DNA of 64,000 nucleotides. Source: Candidatus Endomicrobium embiratermitis. Lineage in GTDB: Bacteria; Elusimicrobiota; Endomicrobiia; Endomicrobiales; Endomicrobiaceae. Positions 56,704 to 64,000 of the stretch are shown piece after piece. The stretch is taken from the NCBI GenBank assembly GCA_009781315.1, contig WQYI01000002.1, positions 61,415-125,414 on the forward strand, in the 5' to 3' direction. The notes beneath the pieces were generated by a model that was not told the origin of the DNA, searched no databases, and was given only the letters and a program-made list of their open reading frames with translations. The stretch's first letter is position 1, and each line of letters begins with the position of its first letter. The position numbers and the translations under genes were made by a program.

Positions 56704-58233
56704 ATGATTTTAATTTTAGATTTCGGTTCTCAGTATACGCAGCTTATAGCAAGGCGTATAAGGGAAGAGAAAGTTTACTGCGAAATATATCCCGGAAATA
56801 AATCTTTAGCAGATTTGGAAAATTTAAGAGATTTGAAAGGCGTAATACTTTCCGGCGGTTATGACAGCGTTTATTCTAAAGGCGCTCCTCACCCGGACCC
56901 GAAAATCTGGGAACTCGGCGTTCCTGTTTTGGGTATTTGTTACGGAATGCAGCTTATAGCCGAACTTTTCGGCGGCAAAGTAAGCCCGTCAAATAAAAGG
57001 GAATTTGGTCTGGCTTTGATAAACGTAAACCCCAAAAGCGAATTGTTAAAGGGGCTTAGCCGCGGGGAAACGCTGTGGATGAGCCATGGCGACAAACTTT
57101 CCAAAATGCCGAAAAATTTTAAAATAACCGCAAAATCATCAAATTCTCCTTACGCCGCCATAGAAAACGTTAAAGATAAGATATACGGCGTTCAGTTTCA
57201 CCCCGAAGTAAAACATTCCGTGCACGGCAGAAAAATTCTTCAAAACTTTATATTCGGCATATGCGGTTCCAAGCGCGACTGGACAATGAAATCTTATATT
57301 GTCGATGAAGTCAAAAGAATCAAAAATCAGGTCGGCAAGGGTAAAGTTTTATGCGCTCTTTCCGGCGGGGTTGATTCGTCAGTCGCGGCGGTTATGCTTC
57401 ATAAAGCTATAGGAAAACGGCTTGTATGCGTTTTTGTCGATCATGGTTTGCAAAAACTCGGCGAAAATGACAGGGTAAAAAAAATATTCGGGAAAAAGTT
57501 TGGTAAAAACCTTATTATGGTTGACGCGAGAAAATTTTTTCTTGGAAGGCTTAAAGGCGTAACAGACCCGGAGCATAAGAGAAAGATAATAGGACACACT
57601 TTCATAGAAGTTTTTGACAAAGAAGCTGCTAAATTAAAAGGAATAGATTTCCTCCTTCAGGGAACAATTTATCCTGACGTCATTGAAAGCATTTCAGTTA
57701 AAGGCGCGAAAGTCGCGATAAAGAGCCATCACAATGTCGGCGGGCTTCCGGAAAAAATGAAAATGAAGCTGGTTGAGCCTTTGAAATTTCTCTTTAAAGA
57801 CGAAGTCAGAATTTTGGGCAGGGAACTTAATATTCCCGACGAAATCATAAACAGACAGCCTTTTCCGGGTCCGGGACTTGCAGTAAGGTGTATCGGAGAA
57901 ATAACCGAAGAAAAGCTCAGGATCTTAAAGGAAGCGGACTATATAGTCACGCAGGAGATAAGAAAAGCCGGTCTGTACGAAAAAATCTGGCAGTCTTTTG
58001 CCATAATTTTACCCGTAAAAACAGTAGGCGTTATGGGCGATGTGAGAACATACGAACACGTTATAGTTTTAAGAGCAGTAAATTCTGAAGACGCCATGAC
58101 TGCGGACTGGGTAAAACTTCCTTATGATTTGCTCGGCAGAATATCTTCAAGAATTATAAATGAAGTAAAAGGCGCAAACAGAGTAGTTTACGATATTTCC
58201 AACAAACCGCCGGCAACCATCGAATGGGAATAA
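56704..58233 (+). CDS. guaA: GMP synthase (glutamine-hydrolysing)
   Basis: 509 aa; GATase (GICYGMQ; QFHPE) plus ATP-PPase SGGVDSSV. Confidence 0.92.
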   Translation: MILILDFGSQYTQLIARRIREEKVYCEIYPGNKSLADLENLRDLKGVILSGGYDSVYSKGAPHPDPKIWELGVPVLGICYGMQLIAELFGGKVSPSNKREFGLALINVNPKSELLKGLSRGETLWMSHGDKLSKMPKNFKITAKSSNSPYAAIENVKDKIYGVQFHPEVKHSVHGRKILQNFIFGICGSKRDWTMKSYIVDEVKRIKNQVGKGKVLCALSGGVDSSVAAVMLHKAIGKRLVCVFVDHGLQKLGENDRVKKIFGKKFGKNLIMVDARKFFLGRLKGVTDPEHKRKIIGHTFIEVFDKEAAKLKGIDFLLQGTIYPDVIESISVKGAKVAIKSHHNVGGLPEKMKMKLVEPLKFLFKDEVRILGRELNIPDEIINRQPFPGPGLAVRCIGEITEEKLRILKEADYIVTQEIRKAGLYEKIWQSFAIILPVKTVGVMGDVRTYEHVIVLRAVNSEDAMTADWVKLPYDLLGRISSRIINEVKGANRVVYDISNKPPATIEWE

Positions 58234-58249
58234 ATTTATAGCGTCTTAA

Positions 58250-58340
58250 TAAAATTGACACGAAGTGTCACCCCGTTGAAAAACGGGGTCTCAGTTAATA
58301 ATAAACATGGATACCGACTTTCGTCGGTATGACAAAAGAT
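58250..58340. repeat. Cluster of three short hairpins, GACACGAAGTGTCACC type
   Basis: gacacgaagtgtcac; ccccgttgaaaaacgggg; ataccgactttcgtcggtat. Confidence 0.6.
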
Positions 58341-58562
58341 ATGATTAACATCTTGCTTTTGTCAATTTTTAAGCCTTTAACGACAACGGCTGTCGCAGGC
58401 GTCGCCTAAACGCAAAAATACTTTGCCTTTAACGGCAAATACTACGCCTCTTAAACGGCAAGTAAAGACATATAAAATGTAATATAATGCAAGACGTTAT
58501 ATATTACTTTTTATATGTTATATTTTATATGTTTTTAAATTTTGTTTTCATTAAGGGGTATA

Positions 58563-59447
58563 ATGAAACAATTTTGTATATTTGTTTTGTGTTTTTTTGC
58601 TTTTTTTATATCTTCCTGTTCCCGTCCTGCCGGAAAAGACGGGGAGTATGCGGCGTCTATACAAATAAAAGGGTCGGATACCATAGTTAACCTTGTTCAG
58701 GTTTGGGCTGAAAGGTTTGTGGAAAATAACCCTTCATGTAATATAGGCGTTACCGGCGGCGGTTCGGGAACCGGTTTTGCGGCTCTGTTAAACAACACTT
58801 GCGATATAGCGATGTCGTCAAGAGAAATAGAGGAAAAAGAAAAAATTAAAGCTACGGAAAAAAATATAAATCCCGTTGAACATATGGTAGGTCTTGACGG
58901 TTTGGCGATACTTATAAATAAAAATAATCCCGTGGATAAGTTGACTTTGGAACAGTTACGGGATATTTTTATGGCAAAGATTACAAACTGGAAAGAAATC
59001 GGCGGGGAAGACAGAAAAATAGTTATTCTTTCCCGCGAAAGCAATTCCGGCACGCATATGTTTTTTAAAGAACACGTTTTAAGGCATAAAGATAAAAAAT
59101 CGAAAGAAGAATTCTCTCCGCGCGCATTGCTTATGCCGTCGTCTCAGGCAATATATGACGAAGTCTATCAAAACCCTAACGCCTTAGGATATGTCGGAAT
59201 GGGTTATATCAACGATAAGGTCAAAGCGGTTTTAGTCGCGATAAACGAAAACAGCGAATATTTTTACCCGAATGTCGAAAACGTAATGACGGGACAATAT
59301 CCGATTTCAAGGCCTTTATACCTTTATACCGACGGCGATCCTCACGACGTTGTTGAAAAATTTATAGAGTACGCTTTATCAGACGAAGGGCAAAAAATCG
59401 TAGCTGAAACTGATTTTGTGCCGATAAACAAGACAAGTAATAAATAA
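58563..59447 (+). CDS. pstS: Phosphate ABC transporter, periplasmic substrate-binding protein
   Basis: Signal/lipoprotein peptide (MKQFCIFVLCFFAFFISSC); PBP superfamily (GSGTG). Confidence 0.88.
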   Translation: MKQFCIFVLCFFAFFISSCSRPAGKDGEYAASIQIKGSDTIVNLVQVWAERFVENNPSCNIGVTGGGSGTGFAALLNNTCDIAMSSREIEEKEKIKATEKNINPVEHMVGLDGLAILINKNNPVDKLTLEQLRDIFMAKITNWKEIGGEDRKIVILSRESNSGTHMFFKEHVLRHKDKKSKEEFSPRALLMPSSQAIYDEVYQNPNALGYVGMGYINDKVKAVLVAINENSEYFYPNVENVMTGQYPISRPLYLYTDGDPHDVVEKFIEYALSDEGQKIVAETDFVPINKTSNK

Positions 59448-59527
59448 AATATAACATGTAAAATATTTTTATTCCCTCGCCCCTTGCGGGAGAGGGACAA
59501 GCGGAGCTTGAGGGTGAGGGGTCGCTT

Positions 59528-60397
59528 TTGAAACGTAAAATAATTGATACTATCATTGAAAAAATAATATTTTTTTGCGGAATACTGGCAATAGTCTTTG
59601 TCACGCTTATATTCGGTTTTTTGCTTAAAGAAGGCTTTGCGTTTTTTAAAGAATACGGCGTTATAAGTTTTATAGCCGGAAAATTGTGGTATCCTACCTC
59701 TGATCCGGCGCAATTCGGCATACTTTCCATGATAGTCGGTTCTCTTTTAGTGACCGCTGGCGCTTGTGTAATTGCGGTTCCTATAGGCATTATGGCTGCG
59801 TTATACATTTCCGAAATTGCTCCCAAAGGAGTGAGAGACGTTTTGAAATCTTTTATAGAACTTATGGCTGCGGTTCCAAGCGTTGTTATAGGTTTTGTCG
59901 GCATGGTTACGCTTGTTCCTCTTGTAAGAACTATTTTTGATCTTCCTACGGGGCTTACTGCTTTTTCAGGTTCTATAATGCTTGCGTTTATGGCAATGCC
60001 TACTATAGTTACCATATCCGAAGACGCTATACGTTCGGTTCCGTGGTCGTATAAAGAAGGAGCGTTGGCGCTCGGCGCGACTAAATGGCAGACGATACGC
60101 CGCATAGTTTTAAAAGCGGCAATGCCCGGAATTATCGCAGCGGTAATGCTCGGGATAGGGCGCGTTGTCGGTGAAACTATGGCTGTTATGATGATAACCG
60201 GAAACGCGGCTCATATACCTAGTTCTATTTTTGAGCCTGTTCGTACGATGACGGCGACTATTGCAGCCGAAATGGGCGAGACAGTCCGGGGCGGAATGCA
60301 TTACAGGGCGTTATTTGCCATAGGGCTTGTTCTGTTTATTATTACGTTTATAGTAAATTTTATAGCGGACTTATTTTTGGGAAAAAGCAAGAAGTAA
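59528..60397 (+). CDS. pstC: Phosphate ABC transporter permease
   Basis: 289 aa; 6 TM helices; EAA-like loop. Confidence 0.85.
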   Translation: MKRKIIDTIIEKIIFFCGILAIVFVTLIFGFLLKEGFAFFKEYGVISFIAGKLWYPTSDPAQFGILSMIVGSLLVTAGACVIAVPIGIMAALYISEIAPKGVRDVLKSFIELMAAVPSVVIGFVGMVTLVPLVRTIFDLPTGLTAFSGSIMLAFMAMPTIVTISEDAIRSVPWSYKEGALALGATKWQTIRRIVLKAAMPGIIAAVMLGIGRVVGETMAVMMITGNAAHIPSSIFEPVRTMTATIAAEMGETVRGGMHYRALFAIGLVLFIITFIVNFIADLFLGKSKK

Positions 60398-60495
60398 TTA
60401 ACAATTAACAATTAATAATGAACAATTGTTGAGCGCGCTTTGCGCGCATATAATTTGCGGCTTTGCCGCTCCAAAATTGTTATTTGTAATTTGGT
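60396..60495. repeat. Composite palindromic element, family 1 (between pstC and pstA)
   Basis: aattaacaattaacaattaataatgaacaattg ... gagcgcgctttgcgcgc ... ttgcggctttgccgctccaaaattg ... ttatttgtaatttgg. Confidence 0.75.
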
Positions 60496-60502
60496 GTTAA
60501 AA

Positions 60503-61357
60503 ATGTTTAAACTAAATCCTAAACTATCACAGAAAATTTCATATTCGATTTTATTTTGCGCGACGATACTTGCCATTATTCCGGTGGCAGTCATTATTTT
60601 TATTATTATAAAAAACGGCGCCTCGGCGATAACATGGGAATTTTTAACTTCTATGCCCAAAAACGGCATGAGAGGCGGAGGTATTCTTCCCGCTATAATA
60701 GGAACACTTTCGATAGTTATGTGCGCTATTGCCGTCACTTTGCCGATAGGTGTTTGCGCGGCTATATATTTAAACGAGTATGCGAAAGACAATCTGCTTA
60801 CAAGAATAATAAAACTTGCGATCGTAAATCTTGCGGGCGTTCCGTCGGTAGTATACGGGTTGTTCGGGCTCGGAATTTTCGTAATGTTTTTAAAACTCGG
60901 CGTGTCGATTATTGCCGGAGCCTTAACTTTGGCTATAATGGAGTTACCGGTAATTATAACTACGGCAAGAGGCGCGCTAAACAGCGTGCCGTATTCTTTC
61001 AGGGAAGCAAGCTTATCTTTAGGCGTAAGCCGCTGGCAGACTATAAGGCATGTTGTTTTGCCTAATGCTTTGCCGGGAATTTTAACGGGAGCGATTTTAA
61101 GCATAGCAAGAATTTCGGGAGAAACCGCGCCGATAATGTTTACCGCGGCGGCTTTTTATGTTCCGCATCTTCCGACGTCCGCTTTTGACCAGGTTATGGC
61201 TTTACCGTACCATTTGTATATTATTTCAACCCAGATACCGGGTATGCCCAAAAACATAATTTTCGGCACGGCTTTGGTTTTATTAATGATGGTTTTATCG
61301 ATGAGCTTAATCGCTATAATAGCAAGAATATATTTCAGAAAACGCAGAAAATGGTAA
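60503..61357 (+). CDS. pstA: Phosphate ABC transporter permease
   Basis: Begins MFKLNPK...; 6 TM helices. Confidence 0.85.
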   Translation: MFKLNPKLSQKISYSILFCATILAIIPVAVIIFIIIKNGASAITWEFLTSMPKNGMRGGGILPAIIGTLSIVMCAIAVTLPIGVCAAIYLNEYAKDNLLTRIIKLAIVNLAGVPSVVYGLFGLGIFVMFLKLGVSIIAGALTLAIMELPVIITTARGALNSVPYSFREASLSLGVSRWQTIRHVVLPNALPGILTGAILSIARISGETAPIMFTAAAFYVPHLPTSAFDQVMALPYHLYIISTQIPGMPKNIIFGTALVLLMMVLSMSLIAIIARIYFRKRRKW

Positions 61358-61360
61358 TTT

Positions 61361-61492
61361 TAACGACAAAGTGAAGAGTGAAAAGTGTAGAGTGTAAATA
61401 TTGTGTTTCGGCGAAGCCGAAACGGATTAAATGTTTTTGCAAAGCAAAAACTCATTATTTCCACTTTTAACTTTCAACTTTTCAAATTGTCT
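61361..61492. repeat. Composite palindromic element, family 2 (between pstA and pstB1)
   Basis: acgacaaagtgaagagtgaaaagtgtagagtg ... gtttcggcgaagccgaaac ... gtttttgcaaagcaaaaac ... ccacttttaactttcaacttttcaaattgtc. Confidence 0.8.
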
Positions 61493-61504
61493 CTGCAGGT
61501 AAAA

Positions 61505-62254
61505 ATGGATAAAATAAAAGTTGAAAATTTAAGTTGTTTTTATGGCGGACAATGCGTTTTGGAATCGTTGGATATCAACGTTGTCAAAAACGAGATACTG
61601 ACTATTATAGGCCCCGCAAACAGCGGCAAAACCACTTTTTTAAGAACTCTTAACAGAATGAGCGATTTAAACACTAGTTATTCGCGTAAAGGCACTGTAT
61701 ATCTCGACGATGAAAATATTTTTAATATGAATATGGAAAAACTCAGGAAACGCGTCGGAATGCTTTTCGCAATGCCCATACCTTTGCCTATGACGATTTA
61801 TGAAAATATAGTTTACGCGCCTAAAAGACTCGGGCTTGTTTCTAAAAAAAACGAAATGGACGCTGTTGTAGAACAGGCTTTGAAAGACGCTTCTTTATGG
61901 GACGAGGTTAAAGACAGGCTTAACTCTTCGGGAATGAAACTTTCCGGCGGCCAGCAGCAAAGGCTTTGCATAGCAAGAATATTAGCGATAAATCCCGAAG
62001 TTATTTTATTTGACGAACCCTGCTCCGGACTTGATCCTATTTCAACTGCGAAAGTAGAAGAATCTATGATAGAGTTGAAAGAAAAATATACTATCGTCCT
62101 TGTGACGAATAACGTAAAACAGGCTTCAAGAGTAGGCGACAGAACTGCGTTTTTCCTTATGGGAAAACTTGTAGAAATTGATAAAACGGGAACTATGTTT
62201 GTTTCGCCGAAGCAGAAACAGACGGAAGACTATATTACAGGCAGATTTGGATAA
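61505..62254 (+). CDS. pstB: Phosphate import ATP-binding protein PstB, copy 1
   Basis: Begins MDKIKVENLS; Walker A GPANSGKTT; signature LSGGQQQRL. Confidence 0.88.
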   Translation: MDKIKVENLSCFYGGQCVLESLDINVVKNEILTIIGPANSGKTTFLRTLNRMSDLNTSYSRKGTVYLDDENIFNMNMEKLRKRVGMLFAMPIPLPMTIYENIVYAPKRLGLVSKKNEMDAVVEQALKDASLWDEVKDRLNSSGMKLSGGQQQRLCIARILAINPEVILFDEPCSGLDPISTAKVEESMIELKEKYTIVLVTNNVKQASRVGDRTAFFLMGKLVEIDKTGTMFVSPKQKQTEDYITGRFG

Positions 62255-62261
62255 TAACGGC

Positions 62262-62320
62262 AGTTAACAATTTACAAATAATAATTAACAAATTTGTTTT
62301 AAATTGTTAATTATAAATTG
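62262..62320. repeat. Composite palindromic element, family 1 (short; between pstB1 and pstB2)
   Basis: cagttaacaatttacaaataataattaacaaatttgttttaaattgttaattataaattgg followed by AG. Confidence 0.65.
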
Positions 62321-62330
62321 GAGTTTTGAT

Positions 62331-63089
62331 TTGGCAATAAAAATACAAATAAAAAATTTTAATCTTTGGTACACGGATTTTCTTGCGCTTAAGAATATAA
62401 ATATCGCTATTGAGGAAAAGCGTATTACCGCAATGATAGGTCCTTCGGGCTGCGGTAAATCTACTCTTTTGCGCGCCATAAACAGAATAAATGACACTAT
62501 TGAAGGCGTGCGTACGGAAGGCGACATAATTATCTCCGGAAAAAGTGTTTACGACAGCAGAGCCGATGTTGAAGTTTTACGCAGAAATGTCGGTATGGTT
62601 TTTCAGCGGCCGAATCCTTTTCCGATTTCTATTTATGAGAATGTGGCTTTCGGTTTGAAAGTCAACAGGATAGAGTCTAAAAAAAGTCTCATTGACGAAA
62701 CGGTTGAAGAAAGTCTTAAGTCTGTTTTACTTTGGGATGACATAAAACATAAACTGAAAAAATCCGCTCTCGAACTTACTTTAGAGCAGCAGCAGAGGCT
62801 TTGCATAGCAAGAGTTATAGCTGTAAAATCGCAAATTATTCTTTTAGACGAACCTTGCTCGTCTCTTGATCCTGTCGCGACACAGAGAATAGAAGAGTTG
62901 ATGCTGCAGCTTAAAGATAAATACACGATAGTCATAGTGACGCACAATATGCAGCAGGCGGCGAGGGTTTCTGCCGATACGGCTTTTATGCTTTTGGGCG
63001 ATCTTATAGAATTTGATAAAACCGAAAAAATATTTACAAATCCCGCTAAAAAAGAAACAAACGATTATGTGAGCGGAAGATTCGGATAA
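62331..63089 (+). CDS. pstB: Phosphate import ATP-binding protein PstB, copy 2
   Basis: Probable TTG start (MAIKIQIKNFNLWY) 7 nt after GGAG; Walker A GPSGCGKST; signature LTLEQQQRL. Confidence 0.85.
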   Translation: MAIKIQIKNFNLWYTDFLALKNINIAIEEKRITAMIGPSGCGKSTLLRAINRINDTIEGVRTEGDIIISGKSVYDSRADVEVLRRNVGMVFQRPNPFPISIYENVAFGLKVNRIESKKSLIDETVEESLKSVLLWDDIKHKLKKSALELTLEQQQRLCIARVIAVKSQIILLDEPCSSLDPVATQRIEELMLQLKDKYTIVIVTHNMQQAARVSADTAFMLLGDLIEFDKTEKIFTNPAKKETNDYVSGRFG

Positions 63090-63124
63090 TGGCAATTACG
63101 AATTACGAATAATTGGGGGAAACT

Positions 63125-63802
63125 ATGAGGCACTTTGAAGTGGAAATGAACGACTTGAAAAAATGTCTTTTGGACATGAGCGATCTTGTTCAGGAGATGA
63201 TAAAAACCACAATCAACGGGCTTGTAAAAAGAGACTTGAAATTGTTCGATACGGTTTTTTGTCTGGAAAAAGAAGTTAATATTCAGGAAATAGTTATTGA
63301 CGATAAATGTTTAAAGCTTATGGCGTTAAACCAGCCTGTCGGAACGGATTTGCGTTTTATTACGTCTGCCGCGAGAATCAGCACTGATTTGGAAAGAATG
63401 GGCGATGAAGCCGTAAATATAAGCGAAAGAGCCGTTAATTTAATAAAATATCCCGAACTCAAACCTCTTATAGATATTCCGAAAATGTCCGATATAGTCC
63501 AGCAGATGGTAACGGATAGCATCAAGGCTTTTAATACTAACGACGTGGAGCTTGCCAATTCCGTGCTTGTCAAAGACGACGAAGTTGACAATTTAAAAGA
63601 TACCGTTTTTAAAGATTTAAAAGTATACATGACAAAATCTACCGAACCGGACACAATAGAAAGAGCCGTTGATTTAATGCTTGTCGCCAAAAGTCTTGAA
63701 AGAATCGGCGATCACGCGACAAATATCAGCGAAGACGTAATTTTTATGGTTCACGGTAAGGATGTCAGGCATCCCAGAACGTGCGCCGCTAAAACCGAAT
63801 AA
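63125..63802 (+). CDS. phoU: Phosphate transport system regulator PhoU
   Basis: Begins MRHFEVEMNDLKK; two PhoU repeats (D..R..D motifs). Confidence 0.88.
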   Translation: MRHFEVEMNDLKKCLLDMSDLVQEMIKTTINGLVKRDLKLFDTVFCLEKEVNIQEIVIDDKCLKLMALNQPVGTDLRFITSAARISTDLERMGDEAVNISERAVNLIKYPELKPLIDIPKMSDIVQQMVTDSIKAFNTNDVELANSVLVKDDEVDNLKDTVFKDLKVYMTKSTEPDTIERAVDLMLVAKSLERIGDHATNISEDVIFMVHGKDVRHPRTCAAKTE

Positions 63803-63850
63803 ACCGCAGATAGCGAAGGATTGAGGTCGGTATATTGAGAGAAAACAAAA

Positions 63851-64000
63851 ATGTCTAACCAGGAAGACAATATTAATCTGCCTTTAGTACACAAAGGCAA
63901 GGTCAGAAATGTTTACGATTTGGGGCAAAGTTTTTTAATTGTCGCTTCGGACAGAATCTCGGCGTTTGATTACGTTATTCCGACGCTTATTCCGGATAAG
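63851..64000 (+). CDS. purC: SAICAR synthetase, N-terminal fragment; continues beyond window
   Basis: [42 protein letters not shown]: typical PurC N-terminus. Confidence 0.8.
   Translation, partial: MSNQEDNINLPLVHKGKVRNVYDLGQSFLIVASDRISAFDYVIPTLIPDK

Noticed and set aside
24156-63120. Possibility that the abundant intergenic repeats form a CRISPR array
   Set aside because: The repeats are inverted (palindromic), belong to different families, are irregularly spaced with genes between them, and have no unique spacers or cas genes.

Overview
This 64-kb window is low-GC chromosomal DNA from a Gram-negative bacterium, apparently an anaerobe, and consists almost entirely of housekeeping genes. 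The anaerobe reading rests on a ferredoxin-dependent 2-oxoacid oxidoreductase, a B12-dependent class II ribonucleotide reductase and the flavin-dependent thymidylate synthase ThyX. The outer-membrane protein LptD fixes it as diderm.

Coding content:
- Translation and tRNA synthetases: thrS, infC-rpmI-rplT, pheST, and three tRNA genes (Leu-UAA, Lys-UUU, Glu-UUC).
- Ion transport: a Trk/Ktr potassium uptake pair and a cation/proton antiporter.
- Envelope stress and storage carbohydrate: an ECF sigma / anti-sigma / Spy-like operon and glgP.
- Biosynthesis: lysA-dapF-dapA, a split his operon (hisD, hisBHAF, hisI) with a flotillin gene inserted, plus trpF, kpsF, accD, folC, glk, lptD and rfbB.
- A Tad/Flp type IVb pilus cluster.
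- Nucleotide metabolism: purA, thyX, nrdR-nrdJ, dcd and guaA.
- pstSCAB1B2-phoU, and the start of purC.

No prophage, integrase, CRISPR array or toxin gene is visible.

The unusual material is non-coding.
- Paired structured element: a roughly 100-nt two-hairpin element occurs twice in inverted orientation, each copy 50-130 nt from tRNA genes, and the two copies differ by compensatory base changes. It looks like a candidate novel structured RNA. The copies bracket about 45.5 kb.
- Composite palindromic elements: almost every intergenic spacer on the plus strand is filled by one of at least six families of 60-180-bp composite palindromes. Each has long low-complexity inverted-repeat arms around one or two short GC tetraloop hairpins. 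The 3' end of the element usually supplies the Shine-Dalgarno sequence of the next gene. In one case an element overlaps a stop codon.
- Separate repeat: a 175-bp element with terminal inverted repeats (MITE-like) is present in three copies.

The composite elements sit in frame and open, so the supplied ORF track over-extends many N-termini. Affected genes include thyX, dcd, pstB1, pstB2, hisF, accD, dapA, trpF, pstA, phoU and lptD. Corrected starts are given in the feature list.
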